Positions 50,161-61,693 of a DNA stretch of 64,000 nt are shown here, one piece after another. Origin of the DNA: Octopus sinensis. Lineage: Eukaryota. The position numbers were made by a program, and so were the translations under genes. Below the pieces are notes generated by a model. The model saw only the letters and a list, made by a program, of their open reading frames with translations, was not told the DNA's origin and ran no database searches. Location of the stretch: assembly GCF_006345805.1 (NCBI RefSeq), contig NC_043000.1, positions 26,908,001 to 26,972,000 on the forward strand. Reading direction: 5' to 3'. Within the stretch, counting starts at the first letter, position 1. The number at the start of each line of letters is the position of its first letter.

Positions 50161-51544
50161 GTAAAAAAGTAACTAGTTTCTCACAAGATGGTGACACAGA
50201 ACCAAGCTATTATTGGATTTGAGTAAACTTCGTGAATATTTGACATTGTTATATGTGATTTTAAGCGACCTGCAAGGACCTTCTCTGTGTGGCGTGGCTT
50301 GGGTTACTTTTACAGAAACTAATGTTGTACTATCTTGTTTGTACACGTCACACTTCAATTACGTGTCTGCATTTGGTGTTAGAATTGGCGTGTTGTTTGG
50401 TGGTTAGTTATGTCTCCCGAATTCTTTGTTGGACAACTAAAGACTAATTTATTGAGTGTACATGAATATTACATCTAAAAGGTCACTCGGACCGAATGGT
50501 AACTTGTAATTATGAAGGCATAGGAATTAAAGTGATTAATTTAGAGTCAGGTTCCTATGCAGAGAAAGAGGGAATTGTAAAGGGAAAGCTAGTGCCTTAC
50601 TGTCTAATAACGTGAGATTTCATACGGATAAGTGAATCATAGATGTTACTCATTGATGACCATCAGCAAGTCAGAAATAAGAAGTTTAATACGCAAACCT
50701 CAAGGGAGTAGAGCGACAGAATATATATATGTGTGTATGCGTGCGTGCTGGACTTTGTATCAGGCCATCTGTTAATGCATGTTGCTAGGAAATGATAATA
50801 CTACTTTTTTTCTTTTAGAGAACTTTTATATCTGAATATGGGTTGGGGTATGCGTATTAGAAGATAATTTGATTTGTTGAAGCCAATTACGAAACAATGG
50901 TAATTTATAATGAAAAGTAAAGAAGCAAAAATCTATGAAGACATATTAAAGACAAAGTCCGAATACAAACCTCAATCTAAAGATAATATATATAATTTGT
51001 TGGCAAGGCCAAACAATATAGTTATCTATTATCCTGTTTTGGAAAGTCGGCCAGGTTTTACTATATCTTAAAGAAAAGACTATTGTCTCCACATATTCTA
51101 ATCGAACTTATATCGAACAGCACAACATAATCATCGCCCATATATTAAATTCCTTATAAGGTCATCATCGGTTGGGGTATTGCTTACGACAGAAGGGAAA
51201 TTAAGAAAGATTGCTGATTAAACTTTACCGACCTTTTCTGGTGAGTGGAAATATACAGGACAGTTATTTATTCACTTTTATTGTTATTGGTTAATCGATG
51301 GCATGATGTTTCATTCTGTTAACAGTGCTAATGCATTTCGAAAAGCAACGGAGTTCACACCACCATATTTAGGTTCCGTTGAAAATAAAAGGTTTCGTTC
51401 ATAATAGAATTCCTGCTTCACTTATTGGTATCGAACGTGCTAGAGAAAAGCTAGGCTGAAGTTGTGTTACATCTCAGAATAAGTTGCGATTATTATTTGT
51501 ATTCATTTCACTTATGTTAGTAGTCAATATGTTGCATTCCTTTA

Positions 51545-51942
51545 AGTCGGCGAGCTGGAAGAATCGTTAGCGCACTGGGCAAAATACTTAGCGGTATCTC
51601 GTCTGCCGTTACGTTCTGAGTTCAAATTCCGCCGAAGTCGACTTTGCCTTTCATCCTTTCGGGGTCGATAAATTAAGTACCAGTTACGCACTGGGGTGGA
51701 TATAATCAACTTAATCCGTTTGTCTGTCCTTGTTTGTCCTCTCTGTGTTTAGCTCCTTGTGGGTAGTAAAGAAATAGGTATTTCGTTCATCGTTACATTC
51801 TGAATTCAAATTCCGCCGAGGTCGACTTTGCTTTTCATCATTTCGGGGTCGATAAAATAAGTACCAGCCTGAGTACTGGAGTCGATATAATCGATTTACC
51901 CCCTCCCGCGGAATTGCGGGTAATGAGCCAAAATTTGAAACC
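51545..51942 (+). mobile_element. Young SINE A nested in an older-tail relative
   Basis: Head-body-tail, then the junction AAAGAAATA|GGTATTTCG at 51776/51777, followed by an older body ending CCCCTCCC...GAGCCAAAATTTGAAACC. Confidence 0.9.
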
Positions 51943-52262
51943 GCTATCTTCCATTCCTATTCTCTCTACAAATATAAGCTCGTATTCTCACGAATGATTA
52001 ATGCATCTGTTGGCGTGAAGAGTTTGTTATACAAGATTTCCGGTCGAGCGCAATTTGGAACCAGCCTGTTACATTCTATACAGGATGCAATTGAAATGTA
52101 CATAAAAAAATAACAGCGAAGCTATAGGAGACGTGCCACATGATTATTTCAATTGTTAGAAGAAGATCCTAAATTTATATTAACTGCCTTAATAAAAAGG
52201 AAAGAGGCTTTTGTTAATTTGCTTTCAAACGCAGTAATGTATCTGACAGTATTGCCACTAGG

Positions 52263-52488
52263 CAAGCTGGCAGAAACGTTAGCACGCCGGACGAAATGCC
52301 TAGCGGTATTTCGTCTGCCGTTACGTTCTGAGTTCAAATTCCGCCGAGGTCGACTTTGCCTTTCATCCTTTCGGGGTCGATAAATTAAGTACCATTTACG
52401 TACTGGGGTCGATGTAATCGACCTAATCCCTTTGTCTGTCCTTGTTTGTCATCTCTATGTTTAGCCCCATGTGGGCAGTAAAGAAATA
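52263..52488 (+). mobile_element. SINE family A, 15 bp TSD
   Basis: TSD AGTATTGCCACTAGG at 52248-52262 and 52489-52503. Confidence 0.94.
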
Positions 52489-52761
52489 AGTATTGCCACT
52501 AGGTGAAAGTAATTTACCACAGATTTGCTCAATCAAGATCACTCCCGGTTCAAATATGGTTGTGTGTTTTATAAATTCGTTTTGGACCAGTGTTTGTTAG
52601 TTAATGCACAATGCAGAGAATCTTAGGTAAGATTGTCTCTTTTTGCCCCAGCTTGATCAATAATTCATGAGCGGAATTTACAGTTTCAAACGGAGAAGTA
52701 GCCAGACATGTGTCTGCCGCGAGTGTGCGTGTGTCTGTTCCGTGTGCGTGCGTGCATGTGC

Positions 52762-52793
<32 letters not shown>

Positions 52794-52812
52794 GAGTCTC
52801 TGTGTGTGTGTG

Positions 52813-52892
<80 letters not shown>

Positions 52893-53492
52893 ATATATAT
52901 TTATTTATTTATATGTGTGTATGCATGTATTTCAATAATTGTAAAACTCTAGGGATGTTTGTGGGTACCCGAGATATCTCAGTATAGTATATTTTATCGT
53001 AGTTTGTTTTTGCATATCCATTTTCATACTTGACTTCGGCATTGCAGTACATTTTTTGTGATATTTAGACCTCTACATAAACGATTGAACACAATTTTTA
53101 TTTGTTAATTCTCGACGAAAAAATGCATGACTTTCCTGACGTCAGCACATATACATACATACAGAATGCACACACATATAACAAAAGTCATGGTGTGTCA
53201 ACACAAACACATGTCCGCTCTCTGTGACACATAAACACAGATATTCATAGTGCTCTCTATGAATATTCATAGACAGTCTATGTTCTCTACGTTGTAATAT
53301 CTTAATATTAAGTTGAAAAACATTGAATATGGAACATTATTTATTGATTCATATTATTTGTATTATTATGTATATGTATATGTGTATGTATAAGAGTGTG
53401 AGTATATGCACTCATATATATATGTAAATGATTTATTATGGGTATGTACCCACACTTATATGAGTATATATGTAAGTTGGTTTATACCTTAG

Positions 53493-53620
53493 AATCTCCG
53501 AAGAGGCCTCAGGATATTTTTGTAAATGTCTCATTTATAACTTCATATTGACATACTATACATGGCTAATATAGGTAAAATGAGACATACTTATCTGCAT
53601 GGCCGAAACAGCTGTAAGAT
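53493..53620 (+). ncRNA. Type I hammerhead-like motif with ~100 nt extended stem II
   Basis: ATCT-CCGAAGA-GGCC...ATGTCTCATTT...AAATGAGACAT...GGCC-GAAAC-AGCT-GTA-AGAT. Core U4 is mutated to C; palindromic stem III loop AGCT. Confidence 0.65.
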
Positions 53621-55050
53621 ATAGTGTATATTTATATTTATATCTATTTATATTTATTTATTTATATCCTCTTATAATGATTGTACTTATTGTATTGTAT
53701 TACTCATTCATGTACGCTGTTTTGTTATATATTTTTATGTTTAACCTTAATGTTCTTATGTAGTGGTTTAATAAAGTATGTGATTGGGTATTACCTGGTA
53801 GTTGATTAATGATTTAGATGTATTTCTCCATTTTCTTATTTTGTATATATATATATATATACGGATACATATATATGTGTGCGTGTTTATGTGCGCTTCT
53901 ATTTGAAATTATTTTTTATTGTAACGATAAGTGAGGAACACTATATATACATTTCTGTGGGAAAGAAGGTGAGTCTGAGTGTGAGAGTGTGCGTGTGTAC
54001 ATGCGCGTGTGTATGTGAATCTGTGTATGGGTCCGTGTGTATGTGCGCGAATCCGTGTCTGTGTTTTGTGTATACCCGTGTAAAATATTGTTACAAAACT
54101 ATAATCACTCACCAAACGTGCTACAGTTAGGCCGTTACCAATAGCTGTAAAAAGTACCATAGTAACATTGTAAAACGAAATAACAATTGATTATTTTCAG
54201 TTTATCGATAATTGATTTATTTTACTTCACCCACAAAATATTGATTTTATTTTATTACTATATTATACTCATTTTCTCCTTTATAACTCTTAATATCTGC
54301 TTCATTTACTACGAATTTATATCTATTTTTCATGGATTACTTGTTAGATTTTTTTGAGATATTTTTGCTTTCTTCTCCTTTAGTTTCCTGCCATCATATT
54401 TTCTTCCTATTCTCGACAATTTCACTTTATTATTTGCCCCTCTCAGTCACCCGCCATATATCTGTGTGCGCCAATGTACGTGTGAGTGTGTCCTTGTTTC
54501 CGTTTGTGTCTTCACACATACTTTACTTTTTCATATATATATACATACATACAATTGTTCTGTCCACTAGTGAGAGAGAAAGAGAAAGACAGGATCAGAG
54601 AGAGAGACTGACAGACAACGAAAGAGACAGAGAGAGTGTGTATGTGCTTAAAACAGAGAATCGTTTCCAAGTTTTTTCTCGTGCTATGAAAAATTCTTAT
54701 CGAAGTATATGTGTAAGTGTATGTGTAAGTATATATTTGTATATATGTATGTATATATATATACATATATGTTTATATATATATTTATATACATATATAT
54801 ATATATATGTATATATATATACATACATATATGTATATATATGTATATATATATATATGTATGTGTGTGTGAGTGTTTCATTGTAGTCCACAATGAAACG
54901 CTTGCATTGAAGTTTTTTTCCCTCACCATCACATACATGTGTGTGTATGCGTGTGTGCGTGTGTGTGTCTATATATACATACCCATTAATATGTGCATAA
55001 TCCTTGAGTACTTCCTCCCTTGGATATCTTTAAATTATACACATACACAT

Positions 55051-55081
<31 letters not shown>

Positions 55082-55083
55082 CG

Positions 55084-55114
<31 letters not shown>

Positions 55115-56151
55115 ACGCATGTGTGTGTTATGATGTGCGAGATCGTGCGGATATTTGCATACACACACATATTGCTTCGCTGTTCATTTGTAAACCATGT
55201 AAGTATATTATTCTCCCATGCACTCCACACTCTCTCATTCCACAACCTTCCCTATATATCCCTCAATCCCTTCAGTACTTCTTTATTTCCCTATAATGTC
55301 CCTTTACAAAAATAGTTTAACTCCACTTCTCTATCATCCCCTTCTGATTGTCTGCCATCCCCCTCGTTCCTCTCATTCACATTCTTCTCCCAAACACTCT
55401 TTTACTCACTTCAAACTAGATCGCCCACTTTCTGTTTCCATTATACTTCATATTTCCTCTTTCTTCTTCTCCTCCTCCTCCTCCTTATTCACTCTTTCCC
55501 ATGTTTCTCTCTTTTCTCGGCGTTATTGCTTCGAGTATTTCACCCTTTTAAACACATTTAGACCTTTACAATTTTATTTTTAACTTTTGCCCTTTCTCCT
55601 GTTTATAGTGTTGAAATTATTTAAAGGACACTTTTCTCATTCTCGGTTCGATAATTTACCTTTTCTGTGTTTGTATCTCACAGATTTTCATTCTCTGTAT
55701 AAGTGCGTAAGATTGTAGTTTCATATGCATTTTTCTAAATATATATCTACATCTACACACGCATACAAACCTATTTGTGTGCCTCTCTACGTACGCATCG
55801 CACATCTCTCATTCTCTCTTTCTCTCTGTGAGTGTGAACGCGTTGCCTGTGTATGTGTCTCGTGTGTCAAATGGTAGGGTTATGTTACATGAATAAGCAT
55901 AAATATATGTGTAAGAACGTAGTCATATTGGAATCTACTTATGATTATGTGCAATATATATATATATATATTTCTCTCTCACATTTCTCTTCTCCCCTTT
56001 TTTCCGCCTTCTCCCTTTACACACCACACACACACGTAGATATGTACACAGACACAGACACACAGAGACACACAGACACACATATATGTATATATGCCTC
56101 TATATCTGACACTGTATATATGTCTATATTAACACCTATCTATCTATTAAG

Positions 56152-56224
<73 letters not shown>

Positions 56225-56415
56225 ATGCATATATATTTGTGTGTGTTTCTTATGTATATGTATATACATATATAAAAAAACCCAGATATAATCATATACA
56301 TACACACGCACATACACGTTATTTTTTCATGTATTCTTATAAGAATAATTTATATAAAGTCATGAATGAATATTTGTAAGCGTTATGTTAAACACTTTTG
56401 TGCCGCTGTGTGTCT

Positions 56416-56515
<100 letters not shown>

Positions 56516-58094
56516 ATATGTGTGTGTATGTATGTGTGTATGTATGTATGTATGCATGTATGTATGTATATGTCTATTGGAATGAATATGATGTTTGTAT
56601 GTATGCCTATGATTGCAAGAGTCCGTTGCATAAGTGAGCGCCTTATTCTCCTTCACCCGTGTGTTTCCATATTGAGTTTCTTATTCAAGTGTCTGTCCGT
56701 TTAATTCCAGATTCTCTCGAAACATTACGTCACTATCACTACATCTAATCCGATCTCTCTTTCTTTCTGTAGCTGCATCTGTATATGTGGTTCTCTTTTT
56801 CCTTTACCGTCTTTATTTCAAATTATTTCTTACATTATCTTTCGTCCTCTCTCTCCCACTCTCTCTCTATCTCCTTCAATTTCCACATTTATTCATTTCT
56901 CACATTCCATCCCTCACTTTTACATTCTCTGCTTGTCTTTCTCCACTATTCAATCGAGCCTCGTGTTGCTTTTCAATAAATCACCCTTTTGCCCTTTGCC
57001 ATTCTTAAAATGTCTACACTGTTTCGCCTTGTCAATTCTCTTTCTTAACTCATTTTCCACAAACTCCCGTCACCTTCCCTCTTCTACCTTCCTAATTTAA
57101 TAATGCCAAACCTACTACACACACTTCAATATCTTGAAATTAACGGAACATAATCCCTGGCCTCCTATCTGTCATGGCCGCCATGAAGAACTCGTTCCAC
57201 ACTGGTAAATAACACAGCTGAGAAAACAAGTCGATTAAGTCAAACACAACGGCTATTTCACAATATCCTGGGAAATGATCTCAAATTTCAAATTGCATTT
57301 CGTATTTATTCAGTTTGTGTTGCTTTATCTCTCGATTTTCTCATCATTCTCTCATTTGAGTTTTTGTCTGATTTTTTCCCCAGTTATTTATATTTTGTTT
57401 AATTAGTTTTTTGTTTTGTTGGTATTATTTTTCTTGATTTTCTTCGTGTTTTCTCTGTTTCATTAACATATTTGTCTTCCATCTTCGCTCCCTTCTACAA
57501 TCCGTTTCGTTATCCGGAAACATCGATCTTTGTTACCATTAAAACCGCTGCCACCAAACATTATAATGTTTCAATACCGCATTGACAACATTTTTGTAAT
57601 ATCTGTTCTTTTAGCGTTTTTAATTTCGTATTCTACTGCTGCCATTATTACCAGCCACTAACCACTTTCGATAAAGGATGTTGCTTTGCTTGACCGATAA
57701 GCGGTTGAGTTACAACTCAAAGATACGAGACCGTAAGAATCCTCTTTGTAAAACACTGCTATAATCTTGAATTTCAAAGAAGTTACGAATATAAATATTT
57801 AACTGTTTGTTTGTTATTGCTATAGAGATGGAAATATTCTACCGATACTAATGATGAGTTTTAGAAGACGCAAACCTATAATTTAAGCATTTTTTTGTTA
57901 TTATAACGACAAAAAATATGCCTACTGTACAAAAATACGAGTTGTGAGTGAATGACATCCATGCTATTTTGAGCTGGGTTATTTATGTACGTAAAAAAGA
58001 AATGCCAGTTGAGAGATAATCGGATAATCATGAAAATGTAAATGAGTTTTATTTAATATATTAGCAACGACTATGTTTCGAGAAAAACTATGTG

Positions 58095-58325
58095 TTTCTT
58101 TATTGCCCACAAGGAGCTAAACATAGAAGGGACAAACAAGGACAGACAAACGGATTAAGTCGATTACATCGACCCCAGAACGTAATTGCTACTTGATTTA
58201 TCGACCTCGAAAGGATGAAAAGCAAAGTCGACCTCGGCGGAATTTGAAATCAGTACGTAACGACAGACGAAATATGGCAACGCATTTCGCCCGGCGTGCT
58301 AACGGTTCTGTCAGCTTGCACCCTT
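58095..58325 (-). mobile_element. SINE family A
   Basis: Full copy with imperfect TSD TTTCGAGAAAA(A)CTAT at 58076-58091 and 58328-58342. Confidence 0.9.
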
Positions 58326-58577
58326 AATTTCGAGAAAACTATTTGATTACACAATCATTTCCTTCATTGGAAATTTTCGTATTTGAACTATAATAGATTG
58401 ATTCTTCTCGTTATCACACTCGAACCAACATTTGCATAACAATAGAATAATCAGGTTCTCCGTATCTCTTTTCTTAAATGATTCAAGAATTTCTATTTTT
58501 CTACTTTTAGACTTTGCTCTTCAAATTTAATATCCTGTCATGAATTACTTGCCAGCACTAATTAAGTCGTGGCTGCT

Positions 58578-58821
58578 GCGTGTGGCCTAGTGGTTAGGGG
58601 ATTGCACTAACTATCGCAACCTCAGGGTTTCGATTCACGGACCGGTCGATTGTTTTGTGTTACGACGACGAGCGTTCCAGTTGATTTGATCAACAGCCCA
58701 GCTTGTTCGTGGAATTAACGTGCAAGTGGCTGAGCACTCCGCAGACACGGGTACTTTTAACGCAGTTCTTAGGATGATTCAGCGTAACACGGCATGTGAC
58801 AAGGCTAATCCTTTGAAATAC
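58578..58821. mobile_element. Old tRNA-SINE head (+) abutting an old SINE C 3' portion (-)
   Basis: GCGTGTGGCCTAGTGGTTAGGG...GGTTTCGATTCACGGACCG (58578-58660), then TACGACGACGAGCGTTCC...CCTTTGAAATAC aligning to the first 170 bp of 58993-59376. Confidence 0.75.
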
Positions 58822-58992
58822 GAGTACTCCTCAGTTTGGAAAGTAAAGTGTTATACTGAAACGGACCAAACGATCGTAAACCGAATACGATTACCGTTAA
58901 GCCACACGCCTTCACCCTTAAGTAAAGCACTTCGTTTCACGCCGTCCCAGTTCATTTACATATAAATCAGGAATTGTGCGACAGACTGGATA

Positions 58993-59376
58993 TGGAAGCA
59001 CTCCATCGGTTACGACGACGAGGGTTCCGGTTGATCCGAATCAACGGAACAGCCTGCTCGTGAAATAAACGTGTAAGTGGCTGAGCACTCCACAGACACG
59101 TGTACCCTTAACGTAGTTCTCGGAGATATTCAGCGTGACACAGAGAGTGACAAGGCCGGTCCTTTGAAATACAGGTACAACAGAAACAGGAAGTAAGAGT
59201 GAGAGAAGGTTGTGGTGAAAGAGTACAGCAGGGATCACCACCATCCCCTGCAGGAGCCTCGTGGAGCTTTAGGTGTTTTCGCTCAATAAACACTCACAAC
59301 GCCCGGTCTGGGAATCGAAACTGCGATCCTATGACCGCGAGTCCACTGCCCTAACTACTGGCCCATTGCGCCTCCG
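58993..59376 (-). mobile_element. SINE family C
   Basis: About 16 substitutions versus 15047-15432 by my reading. Flanking direct repeat GCGACAGAC at 58978-58986 and 59376-59384. Confidence 0.93.
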
Positions 59377-60120
59377 CGACAGACGAGCGTCACATTCACG
59401 GAAACAGTTGCTACCTCGACCACAGAAACTGAATAACTATGGTCCTATGAGTCTAAGAACTTACCGATTAATTCAGGCATCATTCTATTATACAAACATT
59501 CAGTTTTATAGAGGGGACTAGTAGTTGTGATGTTGAAGCCTTAACGAGTGTAATAAATGAAATGTAATCTTCTCACAATAGAAATAACCTACTGGTTTGC
59601 TAAAGTATCTTCTTTCCAGTTTAAGGTGATCACTCAAACGTGAAATACATTGCACCTAGTTTAATGTCATGTATTAATATTTCAATTATCCTCGAATCAA
59701 ATCACCAGCGATGCCGTAAGTTCGATTCAGGATCAACAGCTTTAAGAAAAGAAACTTTGCCAGACGCGTTAATGTGCCATTTTTTGTAAATGTCAACAAT
59801 ATTGCTAATGTTAGTACTGAAAATATTATTGTAATGCATACGCCAGCAACGGAAGGTTAGTCCCCTGATGTCGGAATTGAGCAAATATTGACTACATACT
59901 GAGAACTAACAAGCGTCAACGATCTTTTCCCAACGTGGGATTAATCTCCTAATGAGAGAAGTGACCCGTGGTATTTGCAGTGACATAAAGCACAATTCCG
60001 CATACCACACACACACACACATACACATACAATAATTATGAATACACATACACACACACACATATATATACACACATATATTTATACATATATGAATACA
60101 AACATATGCTTGTATTTATA

Positions 60121-60518
60121 GGCGTAGGAGTGGATGTGTGGTAAGTAGCTTGCTTACGAACCACATGGTTCCGGGTTCAGTCCTACTTCATGGCAACTTG
60201 GGCAAGAGTCTTCTACTGTAGCCTCGGGCCGACCAAAGCCTTGTGAGAGGATTTGGTGGACGGAAACTGAAAGAAGCCCGTCGTATATATGCATATATAT
60301 ATATATATATATATATGGATGTGTGCGTATCTATTTGTGTCTCTGTGCTTGAAAACAGTTCCTGGTGTGTTTACGTCCCCGTAACTTAGCGGTTCGGCAA
60401 AAGAGGCCGATAGAATAAGTGCTAGGCTTCCAAAGAATAAGTCCTGGAGTTGATTTGCTCGACTAAAGGCGGTGCTCCAGCATGGCCACAGTCAAATTAC
60501 TGAAACAAGTAAAGGAGA
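60121..60518 (+). mobile_element. SINE family B
   Basis: Full copy with a short internal (TA)n. Confidence 0.92.
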
Positions 60519-60637
60519 ATATATATATATATATATATGTAATATATGTATAAGGATGAAAATGAAGACACGAGTTGATATATATGAAAAAACAAGTCAG
60601 GATAGAAAATGCTAAAATAATTTTATAAAGAACATTT

Positions 60638-60673
60638 CAGTACCGGTTTCGGTCATTGAGGCATTTTCAACTG
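60638..60673 (-). ncRNA. Minimal type I hammerhead-like motif with U3:A8 variant core
   Basis: Minus strand CAG-TTGAAAA-TGCC-TCAAT-GACC-GAAAC-CG-GTA-CTG: stem I CAG/CTG, palindromic ACCGGT, GUA triplet. Stem II has two mismatches. Confidence 0.55.
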
Positions 60674-61559
60674 TAACAATTAAATAATTAAATTTAGAAA
60701 AATTAAAAGAAAAGTTTTTTTTAAAAGAATATTTGTATAGTGTTCAAATATAAGTGGCATTTTCCTTGTTTCTGCCTTTCTCTGTCTCTCTTGTTTACTC
60801 TTGTGAGTTCGAGGTCGTTGCTTATATATATATATATAGAAGCATAGTTATATATGCAAATTGTATGTGCTTGTGAGTGTGTGTCTATGTCGATGTATGC
60901 GTGCGCGCGCGCGTGCGTGCGTTTATAAATTGATATTAAATCGATATCATCAATTTAATTAGCGATTTTAATTAGCGAACCATTTAGATCTAAACATTGG
61001 ACCCTGTGCTGCAATCTGTTGAAAACACTAACGTGAAGCGGTCGTTAGACAACGTTAGAGTTTTTACCGTAAGAATTATATATATTTTGCCTATAATGAA
61101 GATCTTGAAAAATTATAGTGTAATGGCAGTGTTCAGAATCCGCGAAAGACAGTTCTGCTCAACAACATGCACATTTGTGATCAAATGTTCGTGTTGCACA
61201 TTAGCTTACGTCCTGCATCAAATTGACACGTGTACCAGTGCACGGTTCATTACACGTAGATTTTTTTTAGCTCGTTTCGAACACTCGAGTTCCTGAATTT
61301 CAGAGCTTCTGTAAAAGTGTGCCGAATCCAAACATTACATCCATTAACAACAACAACAACAAAGAAACAAACAAACAAATATAAAAATGTCATGTGCACA
61401 TTCATTAATACTAGGAGTGTTCCCACAGCCGCGGTTGAAAACAAGAAATCTCTCATGGCATGGAGAACCACCATCATCAAAGATCGCACCACCACTACCG
61501 CCACCACCACCGCCACCACGACCAGCGCTACCACCACCGACATCACCAACAATAATACC

Positions 61560-61693
61560 TATTTCTTTACTACCCACAAGGGGCTAAACACAGAGAGGAC
61601 AAGCAAGCACAGACAAACGGATTAAGTCGACCGCAGTGCGTAACTGGTACTTATTTAATCGACCTCGAGAGCATGAAAGGCAAAGTCGACCTC
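61560..61693 (-). mobile_element. 5'-truncated SINE A
   Basis: Tail and core only, with an internal deletion. The tail is followed by GGTATT on the SINE sense strand. Confidence 0.88.
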
